UHGV virus genome: UHGV-0042229
Direction: 5' to 3' (one strand)
DNA: 64,000 bases
From: a virus
In this document: positions 23,193 to 33,238 of the stretch, in pieces
How the letters are laid out: the number at the start of each line of letters is the position of its first letter
How positions within the stretch are numbered: the first letter of the stretch is position 1
The notes under the pieces: model-generated
Told to the model about the DNA's origin: nothing
The model's database searches: none
Seen by the model: only the letters and a program-made list of their open reading frames with translations
Program-made: the position numbers and the translations under genes

Positions 23193-23834
23193 TTAGAAAT
23201 AATTATGCTTGCCTGTTAATACCCCTTTCGGCACTTTTTTTTGTTCCAGTGTCTGGGTACCCAGAATTATGTTAATAAGTGGACTTAGTAACGATGGTTC
23301 CTGGCGGGCTTCAACTTCTCCAGCCATTGCCCTGATGTAGTCGGCGCTGGCAACGTTGTTGTATTCCGTCGCAAAGCAACATAGTAACGTCAGAACATGC
23401 TCTGTCGTTATTTCGCTCCAGTTGATGTTGAAAAATTCATCGCCTTTTTTATCGTGTTCGGAATCGAAGATGCTTTGGTGGAGGATGTATTTGCCGGATT
23501 CCTTGCGCGGTAACTTGATCGCTTTCTGGCGTTCCAGCTCCTTGTAAATCTGCATTGCTTCAATCAGTACCGGCCTGCCGTTCATGAAGGGATCGCGCAA
23601 CCTTACACGCTGGCCAACTCGACCAGTAATAAAGCTGTTTTCCTCTTCCACCAGCACGATAAAACCCTTTTCCTCTTTTTCTCGCAATTCGCGCAGCAGC
23701 TGGAGTTCCATATCGCGGCGGCGTTCAGGGTAGCTGGTCCGCTCAGCCATTATCAGCTCGTTATTGATCCATGCAGCAGTCATTGACGCCGGTTTGCCGA
23801 CGCTCATCGAAACAACGCATATTTTCTTATCCAT
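23193..23834 (-). CDS. hypothetical protein (P1 mat position)
   Basis: ORF downstream of ref; start set at MDKKICVV... after an AGGGGG RBS (ORF track extends to 23981). Confidence 0.45.
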   Translation of the reverse strand: MDKKICVVSMSVGKPASMTAAWINNELIMAERTSYPERRRDMELQLLRELREKEEKGFIVLVEEENSFITGRVGQRVRLRDPFMNGRPVLIEAMQIYKELERQKAIKLPRKESGKYILHQSIFDSEHDKKGDEFFNINWSEITTEHVLTLLCCFATEYNNVASADYIRAMAGEVEARQEPSLLSPLINIILGTQTLEQKKVPKGVLTGKHNYF

Positions 23835-24023
23835 AGCGCCCCCTACAAAAAAGAAAAGCCACCAGCGGCGGCTTAGCAATACAACTGAAGGTAGCGCCCG
23901 GTACTCAGACTGTGCCGTCCATGGAATATTTGAAAAGGGATCCATCCGTACCGGGCATGTGATGATTCTGACTGAAGTCACTTGTCAGTTGTCAATCATT
24001 TATCATTAAAAATAATATATTTA

Positions 24024-24584
24024 TTAGTGCATGATGTTTGCCATCTCATAGGCGTCAGCCAGTAACTCCATCTCTGACTTGTTCAGCAGGGTGAATTCTT
24101 TCTTGCCTCCAACCACACCATCGGCATGAACAGGGACCAGCCAGGGGTATTTTGCTCTTACTTCAGCCGGTGCTGCATGCTGGTGGTGCCATCTACAAAG
24201 TGGCAATTGCTTTTTATGACAACCCGGCGCGGTACGACCGGCGATATGGTGCAGAGACACCTCATTAGATATTACTCCATGCATATAGCAGGCAATGCAG
24301 GGGAGAGTGCCAAGAGCATTGGCGATGCGCCGTTCCTCCGCCGTTGGTGTTCTCCCCTTCAAGCCACGAGATTTTATTTTTACCGCGCTTTTCCGCGTTT
24401 TGCTGGCTGGTGGGCGCTCTTTCTGTTTAGCGATACGGCGGTCGATAGTATCTCGCATTTTCTGATATTGAGATTCTCGCCAGACCGGATCAGCCAACTT
24501 CTCCCGTTGCCGAGCGATCGCTCGTTCTCTGGCTGCCTTCTGCCACTTGCGGCACTGTTCAATTTTTTGTTCGATTGTTTTCAT
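24024..24584 (-). CDS. ref: Ref recombination-enhancement HNH endonuclease
   Basis: 186 aa, MKTIEQKIEQCRKWQKAARER..., Cys/His-rich HNH-like core; matches P1 Ref as recalled. Confidence 0.85.
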   Translation of the reverse strand: MKTIEQKIEQCRKWQKAARERAIARQREKLADPVWRESQYQKMRDTIDRRIAKQKERPPASKTRKSAVKIKSRGLKGRTPTAEERRIANALGTLPCIACYMHGVISNEVSLHHIAGRTAPGCHKKQLPLCRWHHQHAAPAEVRAKYPWLVPVHADGVVGGKKEFTLLNKSEMELLADAYEMANIMH

Positions 24585-24590
24585 ATGGTC

Positions 24591-24617
24591 AAAAAAAAGG
24601 CGGCCTAATGGCCGCCT
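24591..24617 (-). terminator. intrinsic terminator or attenuator hairpin just upstream of the ref ATG
   Basis: Minus strand reads GGCGGCC-ATTA-GGCCGCC followed by T8. Confidence 0.45.
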
Positions 24618-24830
24618 ATGATGTCAAGGAGTTAAGTAATGGCACGTCTTCGTAGTTGACAAAAACTGCGGCTCAATTATAACAATCATTTAGAGCAATG
24701 GTAGCTATTTTATTTATCGCGAATCACATTTTTTCTCTTCAGTACCTGTGTGCTATACTCCTTCTTGATTGATTGGATGCGGAATACAAACCCGCTCTTT
24801 TGTGCAGCCTGGCTCCTTGCCAGGCTTTTT

Positions 24831-25142
24831 TTATTTCATCATGGAAGCTGTTAATGCTTTGGACCTTGCTGAACTGATTGAGAGGGCTTTGTCAACGTGC
24901 CCCAAAAATTCGCCAAACTCAGACATCACTTTGGCAAAACCGCGCCGTGCTTCTTCCTCGGTGGCATTCATCACGAAATGTTCAGCACTACGCATACTTT
25001 TGACAGGGAACGCAACGGATATTGAGTCAATATCAGGCATTCTATCGCTCAACTTTACAGTGACAATGACGGCTGGCGACTGAATATTAGTGCTTACAGA
25101 CAGCACTACATATTTTCCGTCGATGTTGAAATCCTTTCTCAT
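24831..25142 (-). CDS. hypothetical protein between cre and ref (cra position)
   Basis: 103-aa ORF downstream of cre on the same strand. Confidence 0.4.
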   Translation of the reverse strand: MRKDFNIDGKYVVLSVSTNIQSPAVIVTVKLSDRMPDIDSISVAFPVKSMRSAEHFVMNATEEEARRGFAKVMSEFGEFLGHVDKALSISSARSKALTASMMK

Positions 25143-25158
25143 ATATCACCATAAATAT

Positions 25159-25175
25159 CAAATAATTAGAGCAAT
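25159..25175 (-). promoter_or_regulatory. C1 operator-like site (3 mismatches)
   Basis: CAAATAATTAGAGCAAT between cre and the 103-aa ORF. Confidence 0.4.
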
Positions 25176-25192
25176 TTCTTATGCATTGACGG

Positions 25193-26224
25193 CTAATCAC
25201 CATCTTCCAGCAGGCGCACCATTGCCCCCGTTTCACTATCCAGATTACGGATATAGTTCATGACAATATTTACGTTGGTCCAGCCACCAGCTTGCATGAT
25301 CTCCGGTATTGAAACTCCGGCGCGGGCCATATCTCGCGCGGCTCCGACACGGGCACTGTGTCCAGACCAGGCCAGGTACCTCTGACCAGAGTCATCCTTA
25401 GCCCCGTAAATCAATCGGTGAGTTGCTTCAAAAATCCCTTCCAGGGCGCGAGTTGATAGCTGGCTGGTGGATGATGGCGAGGCAACACCATTTTTTCTGA
25501 CCCGGCAAAACAAGTAGTTATTCGGATCATCAGCCACACCAGAGACAGAAATCCATCGCTCGACCAGTTTAGTTACCCCCAGGCTAAGTGCCTTCTCTAC
25601 ACCTGCGGTGCTAACCAGCGTTTTCGTTCTGCCAATATGGATTAACATTCTCCCACCGTCAGTACGTGAGATATCTTTAACCCTGATCCTGGCAATTTCG
25701 GCTATACGTAACAGGGTGTTATAAGCAATCCCCAGAAATGCCAGATTACGTATATCCTGGCAGCGATCGCTATTTTCCATGAGTGAACGAACCTGGTCGA
25801 AATCAGTGCGTTCGAACGCTAGTGCCTGTTTTGCACGTTCACCGGCATCAACGTTTTCTTTTCGGATCCGCCGCATGACCAGTGAAACAGCATTGCTGTC
25901 ACTTGGTCGTGGCAGCCCGGACCGACGATGAAGCATGTTTAGCTGGCCCAAATGTTGCTGGATAGTTTTTACTGCCAGACCGCGCGCCTGAAGATATAGA
26001 AGATAATCGCGAACATCTTCAGGTTCTGCGGGAAACCATTTCCGGTTATTCAATTTGCACCATGCCGCCCATGACCGGCAAACGGACAGAAGCATTTTCC
26101 AGGTATGCTCAGAAAACGCCTGGCGATCCCTGAACATATCCATCAGGTTCTTGCGAACCTCATCACTCGTTGCATCGACCGGCAATGCAGGCAAATTTTG
26201 GTGTACGGTCAGTAAATTGGACAT
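25193..26224 (-). CDS. cre: Cre tyrosine site-specific recombinase
   Basis: 343-aa translation MSNLLTVHQNLPALPVDATSDEVRKNLMDMF...MVRLLEDGD is the P1 Cre sequence as recalled, barring a few conservative differences. Confidence 0.97.
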   Translation of the reverse strand: MSNLLTVHQNLPALPVDATSDEVRKNLMDMFRDRQAFSEHTWKMLLSVCRSWAAWCKLNNRKWFPAEPEDVRDYLLYLQARGLAVKTIQQHLGQLNMLHRRSGLPRPSDSNAVSLVMRRIRKENVDAGERAKQALAFERTDFDQVRSLMENSDRCQDIRNLAFLGIAYNTLLRIAEIARIRVKDISRTDGGRMLIHIGRTKTLVSTAGVEKALSLGVTKLVERWISVSGVADDPNNYLFCRVRKNGVASPSSTSQLSTRALEGIFEATHRLIYGAKDDSGQRYLAWSGHSARVGAARDMARAGVSIPEIMQAGGWTNVNIVMNYIRNLDSETGAMVRLLEDGD

Positions 26225-26550
26225 TTAACACTCAGATAATGGTTTTAAGTAAAGTGTACAGGATCGGCTCTGCCTTTACCTGTTTATGGTTCTCGTCATA
26301 GAAACGCCAGCGACCGCGCGTGCGTTCTATCTTTTCTTCACCGCGCGATAATGACAGTTGGCAACTATCACGATCAAACCCTTTTGCCCGCCAGTAACCA
26401 CGATTTTTCTCAAGCTCAAGATGAGTGGACACTTTAGCAGCTGAATATCCCATTTTTCACCTCTGATTGATTGGTGGTGCTAAGTGCGCTACGCGAAATC
26501 TGGAGCACTAACACTGCCAACATTTCGCAGATTTTACGTAGCGCAACCTT

Positions 26551-26623
26551 GATCAAATGATCAAGTGATCACTATTTGACCTGATAAGGTATTGAACTGT
26601 ATGGATTTACAGGTAAATTGATC
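26551..26623. promoter_or_regulatory. GATC cluster in the cre upstream region (candidate Dam-sensitive promoter)
   Basis: Four GATC sites within 73 bp (TTGATCAAATGATCAAGTGATCAC ... TTGATCATG) between loxP and cre. Confidence 0.45.
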
Positions 26624-26642
26624 ATGTTCAATAACCCTTAAG

Positions 26643-26676
26643 ATAACTTCGTATAATGTATGCTATACGAAGTTAT
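26643..26676 (+). other. loxP recombination site
   Basis: Exact ATAACTTCGTATA-ATGTATGC-TATACGAAGTTAT, 419 bp from the cre start. Confidence 0.97.
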
Positions 26677-26719
26677 CAGGTCCGAAGAGGAGTTTACGTC
26701 CAGCTGTGCACAAAAATCA

Positions 26720-26736
26720 ATAATTATTAGAGCAAT
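26720..26736 (-). promoter_or_regulatory. C1 operator (2 mismatches)
   Basis: ATAATTATTAGAGCAAT between loxP and coi. Confidence 0.6.
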
Positions 26737-26802
26737 AAATTTAGAGAGAAAAATCCCACTCCACCAGCTAAAAACTGGATTGTTTTTCATAGTTGTTTGA
26801 CA

Positions 26803-26819
26803 ATTGCTCTAATAAATTA
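26803..26819 (+). promoter_or_regulatory. C1 operator (1 mismatch)
   Basis: ATTGCTCTAATAAATTA upstream of coi-c1. Confidence 0.7.
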
Positions 26820-27057
26820 TAGTTTTGCCGTCGTTACGTAATACGACTTTGGATTCACTATTTAATGTGTCTTCAGCGTTGTAGAGCGGCTCAGAAGGAA
26901 ATGAGCAAACAGGGAAACCTTATACAACGGCATTACAGCTATGCATTGCTCATCTTACACACAGCGCAATGTTGTTAGATTACCCCAGCATGGATCATGG
27001 GTGAAACAGTAGGTCAGAGCTTCAGGCTCTGTGTTGTCAATACAGTGAGGCATAATT

Positions 27058-27267
27058 ATGGCTTTCATTCAACCAACCATCGACGACGTTAGACATTGCT
27101 CTAACGCTTTATCTGTAGACCCTGCCGAAACCGACGCTGCCCGCGCCATTGCTGAACACTACTCAAAGATATCCAATCAGGAGTACCGCATCACCCAAGA
27201 CGACCTGGATGACCTCACTGACACAATCGAATATCTCATGGCAACTAACCAGTTAGACTCACAATAA
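27058..27267 (+). CDS. coi: Coi, C1 inactivator
   Basis: 69-aa ORF immediately upstream of c1, as in P1. Confidence 0.75.
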   Translation: MAFIQPTIDDVRHCSNALSVDPAETDAARAIAEHYSKISNQEYRITQDDLDDLTDTIEYLMATNQLDSQ

Positions 27268-27283
27268 ATGCACTAATAAATCT
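27267..27283 (+). promoter_or_regulatory. C1 operator-like site between coi and c1 (3 mismatches)
   Basis: AATGCACTAATAAATCT. Confidence 0.4.
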
Positions 27284-27377
27284 ATTATTTTTGTTTGATC
27301 CCTCTATAATATAGGTCAGTAATGACCGGTTTTCTCAGCCGGGCGTTATTGACCATGTCAATTCTGGAGGAGGATCA

Positions 27378-28229
27378 ATGATAAATTATGTCTACGGCGA
27401 ACAACTGTACCAGGAGTTCGTCAGCTTCAGGGATCTCTTTCTAAAAAAAGCTGTTGCACGCGCCCAACACGTTGATACAGCCAGCGACGGTCGTCCTGTA
27501 CGCCCGGTTGTCGTTCTACCGTTCAAAGAAACTGACAGCATTCAGGCTGAAATTGATAAATGGACTTTAATGGCGCGGGAACTGGAACAGTACCCAGACC
27601 TCAATATCCCAAAGACTATTTTATATCCAGTGCCTAACATCCTTCGCGGTGTGCGTAAGGTTACAACTTATCAGACAGAGGCTGTGAACAGCGTCAACAT
27701 GACCGCTGGCCGCATTATTCATCTGATTGATAAGGACATTCGCATCCAAAAAAGCGCGGGGATCAATGAGCACAGTGCGAAATACATAGAGAACCTGGAA
27801 GCAACAAAAGAGCTAATGAAGCAGTACCCGGAGGATGAAAAATTCCGTATGCGCGTACACGGCTTTAGCGAAACAATGCTGCGCGTCCACTACATTTCCA
27901 GTAGCCCTAACTACAATGATGGTAAATCAGTTAGTTACCATGTGCCACTGTGTGGCGTGTTTATCTGCGATGAAACTCTCCGTGATGGAATTATCATCAA
28001 CGGTGAATTCGAAAAAGCAAAATTTAGCCTTTATGACTCTATAGATCCGATCATCTGCGACCGCTGGCCGCAGGCAAAAATATATCGCCTGGCAGATATT
28101 GAAAATGTAAAAAAACAAATTGCCATCACTCGCGAAGAGAAAAAGGTCAAATCAGCCGCATCAGTTACGCGCAGCCGTAAAACCAAGAAGGGGCAGCCAG
28201 TAAACGACAACCCCGAAAGCGCGCAATAA
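27378..28229 (+). CDS. c1: C1 primary immunity repressor
   Basis: 283-aa MINYVYGEQLYQEFVSFRDLFLKKAVARAQ...; GGAGGAGG RBS; target motif repeated across the window. Confidence 0.9.
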   Translation: MINYVYGEQLYQEFVSFRDLFLKKAVARAQHVDTASDGRPVRPVVVLPFKETDSIQAEIDKWTLMARELEQYPDLNIPKTILYPVPNILRGVRKVTTYQTEAVNSVNMTAGRIIHLIDKDIRIQKSAGINEHSAKYIENLEATKELMKQYPEDEKFRMRVHGFSETMLRVHYISSSPNYNDGKSVSYHVPLCGVFICDETLRDGIIINGEFEKAKFSLYDSIDPIICDRWPQAKIYRLADIENVKKQIAITREEKKVKSAASVTRSRKTKKGQPVNDNPESAQ

Positions 28230-28233
28230 ATTA

Positions 28234-28258
28234 TGCCCGGCATCAACCGGGCATTCTT
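28234..28258 (+). terminator. terminator hairpin after c1
   Basis: TGCCCGG-CATCAA-CCGGGCA followed by TTCTTCC. Confidence 0.4.
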
Positions 28259-28261
28259 CCA

Positions 28262-29377
28262 TTATTCAGCCGCCACCGGTTTTAACAAGCCAGCATCGAG
28301 CAGTTTACGCGTCAACCACTGCTGGCCTTTACCCGTTAATTGAGGCGTCAACCGTATCTGGTAGCCATCTTCATCATCCAGCACCACTTCTTTCACCGTG
28401 AAATACCCCGCGTTGATGTACTGCTGGAACGGCACATTTTTACGTCCACCGGACGCTATCAGGATGCCGTTCTCCCGTAACCAGACAAACAGCGCGTTTT
28501 GCTTAAGTCCAACAACCTTTGCAAAATTCCCAATCAGGATCCCTTTAGCTACTGATACCCGGTCGGCAAAATCGACTTTAGGAGCGGCGGCCACCAGCTG
28601 CTGATTTAGCTGGTGGGCTTTCTGTTCCAGAAGCTGCTTTTGTTCAGCCAGTTCGGCAGCCAGGCGCAGAGCTTCTGGAAGCGTCTGGGGGATTGCAACC
28701 GGTTGCTGTTCTTTTTGCCGGAAGTAGCTGTCTTCCAGTTTTTCAAAGAATGCCCATGCCTGATCGGTTTCGAGCATTTTAGCGTGGCGGGCTGCGCCGC
28801 GTTCCGTCCAGAGGATGAGTGAGCGGGCTTTAGGAGAGATAGGATTTTGTGAGTTACTTAAAGTCACCCGCAAATTGTTCAAATCATCTCCAATAACTTT
28901 ATAGAAATGCTTACCTTCACAAAAACGTTCAGCATTACGGGAAAAGTTCTTCTTGATGTTATCCGCATCTGTCCCATACCCCTTAGCAAGGATCTTAGTT
29001 GTCACTACACGCACTCCCTGCCACTCTAGAACGGGAATTTCATCCGGCTGACTTTGAACAACCACCAGTTCTGATTCCTGAACTAAAGGTGTATTAATTT
29101 TTTCAGATTTAACGTTAGTAGCTTTCATTCTGTGTGCCTCCTTGCGTGTTTCGGCTGCGACGGTTGCGTAATTCAGATGCCCCTGTTCGAGCAGGTATTC
29201 ACGGATATCAGACAGCAGGATACGGTGAACAGCGTTCTTGTCCTTTCTCCGGTAAAGTTGTTTGGTGATCATGAAGTAGTTGGCAATAACGCCAGGTATA
29301 TCCCTGGTACTGATACAGGCAGTGTGCTGTTCAATTGCCTCGATCATCTCTTCACGGGTAACTAACGATGTTCTCAT
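28262..29377 (-). CDS. ant: antirepressor (Ant-like; Bro-N/ORF6N plus KilA-C-type domains)
   Basis: 371 aa; start codon overlaps the icd stop; domain assignment from sequence features only. Confidence 0.6.
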   Translation of the reverse strand: MRTSLVTREEMIEAIEQHTACISTRDIPGVIANYFMITKQLYRRKDKNAVHRILLSDIREYLLEQGHLNYATVAAETRKEAHRMKATNVKSEKINTPLVQESELVVVQSQPDEIPVLEWQGVRVVTTKILAKGYGTDADNIKKNFSRNAERFCEGKHFYKVIGDDLNNLRVTLSNSQNPISPKARSLILWTERGAARHAKMLETDQAWAFFEKLEDSYFRQKEQQPVAIPQTLPEALRLAAELAEQKQLLEQKAHQLNQQLVAAAPKVDFADRVSVAKGILIGNFAKVVGLKQNALFVWLRENGILIASGGRKNVPFQQYINAGYFTVKEVVLDDEDGYQIRLTPQLTGKGQQWLTRKLLDAGLLKPVAAE

Positions 29378-29595
29378 AGTCCCTCCTGAGCAGAAGCGTT
29401 AACAGGGAGGCACCAGTAACTGAGAGAATTGCGTGAATCAGTGGAAAAACGGGCAGAGAAAATACATGGGGCGTCAGGAAGCTGAGAGCGGGCCTCATCT
29501 TCTGTCGGTGCAATAACGAAGTGATAGTGACGTTTTTGGCAGGAGTAAAAGCGCCAGATAAATTCAGGATGAGTTGGGGTAGGGATAGTAGCCAT
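29374..29595 (-). CDS. icd: Icd-like cell-division inhibitor (Ash family)
   Basis: 73 aa MATIPTPTHPEFIWRFYSCQKRHYHFVIAPTEDEARSQL... after an AAGGAGG RBS. Confidence 0.55.
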   Translation of the reverse strand: MATIPTPTHPEFIWRFYSCQKRHYHFVIAPTEDEARSQLPDAPCIFSARFSTDSRNSLSYWCLPVNASAQEGL

Positions 29596-29914
29596 ATTGG
29601 CAGCCTCCTTAGACGTTGGTATGTAACCACCGCAGAAGAGACCAATCTTGCTGGCGGTGGACTGTACGGAGTTGGCCTTACTGGCGTCCAAGGTAACCAG
29701 CCTACCCGAAGGTAGCCCCATACAGCCCACCATTGTAGAGGTGTGCGTGTACGCCGATACAAAAAAAAGACGCGAGCGGCGTCTGTATCGCCTTAGACTT
29801 AAGCGGGAGGCCAATCCCGGCACCCGTTTTAATGAGGTGCCTGATAAGCATAAACCGAAAATGCCTCAAGGCGCAAGAGGTCAGGTTCAATGTAACATCG
29901 GCAGTCAAAAAACA

Positions 29915-29931
29915 CAATTTATTAGAGCAAG
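29915..29931 (-). promoter_or_regulatory. C1 operator (2 mismatches) at head of the icd-ant leader
   Basis: CAATTTATTAGAGCAAG, about 320 bp upstream of icd. Confidence 0.6.
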
Positions 29932-29934
29932 ATT

Positions 29935-31419
29935 TTACTCATTAAGCCATGCCAGAGCTTCATCAACCTGCGCTTCGTCTTCGACGCTAAGCACTTCATC
30001 CTGGGGAACATAATCCGCCAGCATAGCGAAACAATATGTATCCCAATGGTCTGGTGAGTGCAGGTTGAGTTTTTTCTTCATATCCTCCTTACTCATCACC
30101 TTCCATTGACCTGCGGAGTTAATCCCTACAGGGATTTTCGACGCTTCCTCAATAGTTTCATTACCCTTATCCAGTCTCATACGACCAGATTTTACGGCCT
30201 CTGCGGCTTGAACGTTGGCATAAGCACGTTTATCAAAGTACAGGCTCTTATCTTCACGGCTATGCATCTTTTTACCCCAGCGTATACGCTGTACGGTAAT
30301 ACCATAATACTCGTACATCAGATCCGCCGTTGCTTTACCCAGGCCATCGCCGTCTATCGCTATGGTGATATTTGGGAATCGCTCAGGATTACATTCTGCG
30401 AAAATTTTGGCGGCAAGCTGCGTTTCTGTAACGTCTGTGTATTCCAGCATTCGATAGTTGATTACACGGCGTTTATTTCGCTGGCCGGACACCATCATGA
30501 TATTGATAACGGACTTATCCCGTCCCGTACCACCAGCAACGTCCACACATGCAAGCCAGCCCCATCCTTTTGCAATCTTGACTTTCCGCCGCGTTGCACG
30601 TTCAACCTCATCACGTCCAAGAAGGAAGCCATCCTGTGATTTAGGGAATAGGCCGCGTACCTTAATCATGTACATAGGGTTATCGCGCCCGCCGTACTCC
30701 GCCAGCTTCATTTTGATAAATGCTGGCGTTACCAGCGGTGATTCCTCACTGTTAAGCGTGATCGCCGTATAAACGCCATCAGGGTTACCAGGACGCTTGG
30801 CCAGTTTATGGTGTGTATCGTAGAAATAGCCGCTTGGGCGTGTAGGCTGTGACAGCAATAAGATGCGGTTATCCTGTCCGGTAAGAGCACCGGTGATGAT
30901 ACCGAAAGCTCTATCACTGACACCGGAGGCTTCATCGATAATATACAGAAGATGATCTGCGTGTTCACCGGCGAGAGCTTCTTCACTTCCCAGACGAAAG
31001 CCCTTCGGTACTACAGTCCATACACCTTTACCAGTAACCTCATAGAAAGCGGTTTCTGTCAGAACAAAATAATCAGCAAGCCATGGAAAACGGCTGGTGG
31101 CAGTAGCCCAGTTTATCTTGATGTACTTGAATATACCGGTCATTACCTGCTGAATTTTGTTCGCAACGATAATGGCTCGGGCACCGGGATACATGATTAT
31201 GAACAACATGATCATGATAGAAGTCATGTCTGATTTCCCGGTACCGTGGCCAGACGAAACAGATGTCTTGCTACCCTGTTCCTGCACAGACTCAATAATC
31301 AGATCCTGCTGCCAGGTAGGTGTTTTGCCGAACAAAACATCAGCGGCCGCAATCCAGTCATAACGATATAGCGCCACCAGCTCGCGCCAACGTGGATCCG
31401 TTACGCAACTTCTGGCCAT
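29935..31419 (-). CDS. pacB: PacB terminase large subunit
   Basis: 494 aa with Walker [11 protein letters not shown] and Walker [10 protein letters not shown]; coupled to pacA. Confidence 0.85.
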   Translation of the reverse strand: MARSCVTDPRWRELVALYRYDWIAAADVLFGKTPTWQQDLIIESVQEQGSKTSVSSGHGTGKSDMTSIMIMLFIIMYPGARAIIVANKIQQVMTGIFKYIKINWATATSRFPWLADYFVLTETAFYEVTGKGVWTVVPKGFRLGSEEALAGEHADHLLYIIDEASGVSDRAFGIITGALTGQDNRILLLSQPTRPSGYFYDTHHKLAKRPGNPDGVYTAITLNSEESPLVTPAFIKMKLAEYGGRDNPMYMIKVRGLFPKSQDGFLLGRDEVERATRRKVKIAKGWGWLACVDVAGGTGRDKSVINIMMVSGQRNKRRVINYRMLEYTDVTETQLAAKIFAECNPERFPNITIAIDGDGLGKATADLMYEYYGITVQRIRWGKKMHSREDKSLYFDKRAYANVQAAEAVKSGRMRLDKGNETIEEASKIPVGINSAGQWKVMSKEDMKKKLNLHSPDHWDTYCFAMLADYVPQDEVLSVEDEAQVDEALAWLNE

Positions 31420-32612
31420 TAATCATCATCCCCGTATAGCTTGCGGGTAACTTCTTCGTCTTCCTCCTCGTCTTCGTCCAGGTCTTGTTCCAGCCATGGT
31501 TCGTTTGATACACCTTCAGTATCAACATCTCCATAACCGCCTGTATCAACGATATCGGCGATTTCTTCCCTACGCTGCTCAATCCACAATGCGGCATCGG
31601 CGCGGCGGTTGGCGGCCCGTTCTCGCGCAACTTTGTCCAGATCTTCAAGAGAAGGGCCACCGACGGCTGTTTGCCTTTCCTCATCATCGGTATTGGTCTT
31701 CGGAGCACGCAGATCGGCTTTGATTTGCTCCAGCATCAGGGGCGGCACTTTCCCGCCATGCGCCTCGATGAATTCAGCTGCTTCCAGCACTGACCAGTTA
31801 TTTTCACGCTTTCGTTCGTATGCCAGCTTAACAATGCCAGCTTGCCCCATAGACAAAGCGTGCTTTTCCGCCTCCCGGCTTTCTTTTCGATAGTTATTCC
31901 GGATGCTGTAAATGGTGTTGATCAGGCTGCTTATCTGCGCGGAACAGCTGTTTAGCATGCTCGCGATACGATATTCAGGCGGAGTCCCTTCATCATCGTC
32001 TTTTTGCTGATCGCGCATTTCCTGCACCAGACGAATACACGTATCCCTGGCATTCTCCAGCATAAGGAGATGAGAAAGAGACTTTTCCAGAAGAGTGGTT
32101 TCCAGAACATCGGCCCCGGACCGACGCAACATAGCGCGCGCGGCCTTCCGCGCTTCAACGTTATCTATCAGGTAATCGCCAGCTTCGAATTCAAAGCGTT
32201 CACCATCATCATCCAGGGTGTCGCGTTCCAGGCGATCACGTAAGGTCCGGTGGGCGCGGGTGATCACGTCATGATCATCAGAACGATCATTTATGCGCTT
32301 ATTTTGGCGCTTCGCATTCTCGACTGCGGCACTGACAACGGCATTAACCCTTTGTTTTTCCGCTATTTCAGCCGCAATGTGATCACCTGCATGTTGATCA
32401 TTAGAGTGATCAATGATCATGCTTTTTAGTGGCTTCCTGACTGGCTTATTTGGCTTGCGGCTGTCCGCTGTCCTGGTGTCTTCTTTGAAGGCACGGAGAT
32501 AACGACGTGCAGTATTAGGGTTAAGATTAAACTCGGCGGCATACTGTGCGATGGTGTAACCACCATCTCGCGCCAGGCGAGCAAAATTCTTCTTGTGATC
32601 GTCCCAGGTCAC
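31419..32612 (-). CDS. pacA: PacA terminase small subunit / pac recognition
   Basis: 397 aa with N-terminal HTH-like region and acidic C-terminus; contains the pac site. Confidence 0.85.
   Translation of the reverse strand: MTWDDHKKNFARLARDGGYTIAQYAAEFNLNPNTARRYLRAFKEDTRTADSRKPNKPVRKPLKSMIIDHSNDQHAGDHIAAEIAEKQRVNAVVSAAVENAKRQNKRINDRSDDHDVITRAHRTLRDRLERDTLDDDGERFEFEAGDYLIDNVEARKAARAMLRRSGADVLETTLLEKSLSHLLMLENARDTCIRLVQEMRDQQKDDDEGTPPEYRIASMLNSCSAQISSLINTIYSIRNNYRKESREAEKHALSMGQAGIVKLAYERKRENNWSVLEAAEFIEAHGGKVPPLMLEQIKADLRAPKTNTDDEERQTAVGGPSLEDLDKVARERAANRRADAALWIEQRREEIADIVDTGGYGDVDTEGVSNEPWLEQDLDEDEEEDEEVTRKLYGDDD
32231..32420. other. pac packaging site with two clusters of GATC-containing hexamers
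   Basis: TGATCA/CGATCA hexamers at 32234, 32261, 32272, 32284 and at 32380, 32395, 32407, 32414, about 90 bp apart, inside the 5' part of pacA. Confidence 0.75.
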
Positions 32613-32697
32613 TTATGCTTCCTTTCGTAAAAACTCTTTTTGACGCGAGGGTAACGAAAGTCACATGTCAAAAGGCCCGGAACGGGCAAGCAATCAA

Positions 32698-33150
32698 TCA
32701 GATACGTGCGGATGTGGCATTACCGTAATGACGGTGCTGACGGGCCACCTTATTGAAAAGTTGACGCGCCATTACCCAAGGCTGGTGCTCCCGGCGTTCC
32801 TTTTCGTCCTGCGTCATATAGAGTTCGTTCTGGAGTTTTTCATCAAACCGGCGCGGAGCGCGGCTACGGCGAAAGAATTCAGGATTCAGAGAGTGGATCT
32901 GAAATCTACGTGGGCGTGTACTGTCATCAATCAAAACAGACGAATACTTAGACACAGCGATAGCCTTTAAGCGCAGATAAACATCGCGCTTATCGACATC
33001 CAGATGCGGGTATTCCTTTTCAAGAATTGCTGCGAGTTCTTTCGCTGATAGAAGAGATTTAGTGCGGATCATGTAATCCGCAATCTCGTACGATGTTATT
33101 CGTGAGTGATTTATTTCCATGAAGTGGCGTCCCTGCCAGTTAAGTAACAT
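32698..33150 (-). CDS. lpa: Lpa-like late promoter activator
   Basis: 150-aa basic protein between pdcB and pacA as in P1; name from position and size. Confidence 0.5.
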   Translation of the reverse strand: MLLNWQGRHFMEINHSRITSYEIADYMIRTKSLLSAKELAAILEKEYPHLDVDKRDVYLRLKAIAVSKYSSVLIDDSTRPRRFQIHSLNPEFFRRSRAPRRFDEKLQNELYMTQDEKERREHQPWVMARQLFNKVARQHRHYGNATSARI

Positions 33151-33220
33151 CCTGTCACCTACTGATTAGCCCATGTCAACTAATCAACGTGGAATATAAT
33201 ACCCTCGATTAAAGAAATAG

Positions 33221-33237
33221 CAATACATTAGAGCAAT
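33221..33237 (-). promoter_or_regulatory. C1 operator-like site upstream of lpa (3 mismatches)
   Basis: CAATACATTAGAGCAAT. Confidence 0.45.
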
Positions 33238-33238
33238 T

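Noticed and set aside
24769-25083. 104-aa plus-strand ORF
   Set aside because: Spans an intrinsic terminator and runs antisense into the cra-like gene; the region reads better as non-coding or sRNA.
26232-26453. 73-aa minus-strand ORF between loxP and cre
   Set aside because: Lies in the cre promoter region with no convincing RBS; P1 has no gene here as far as I recall. Left unannotated, not excluded.
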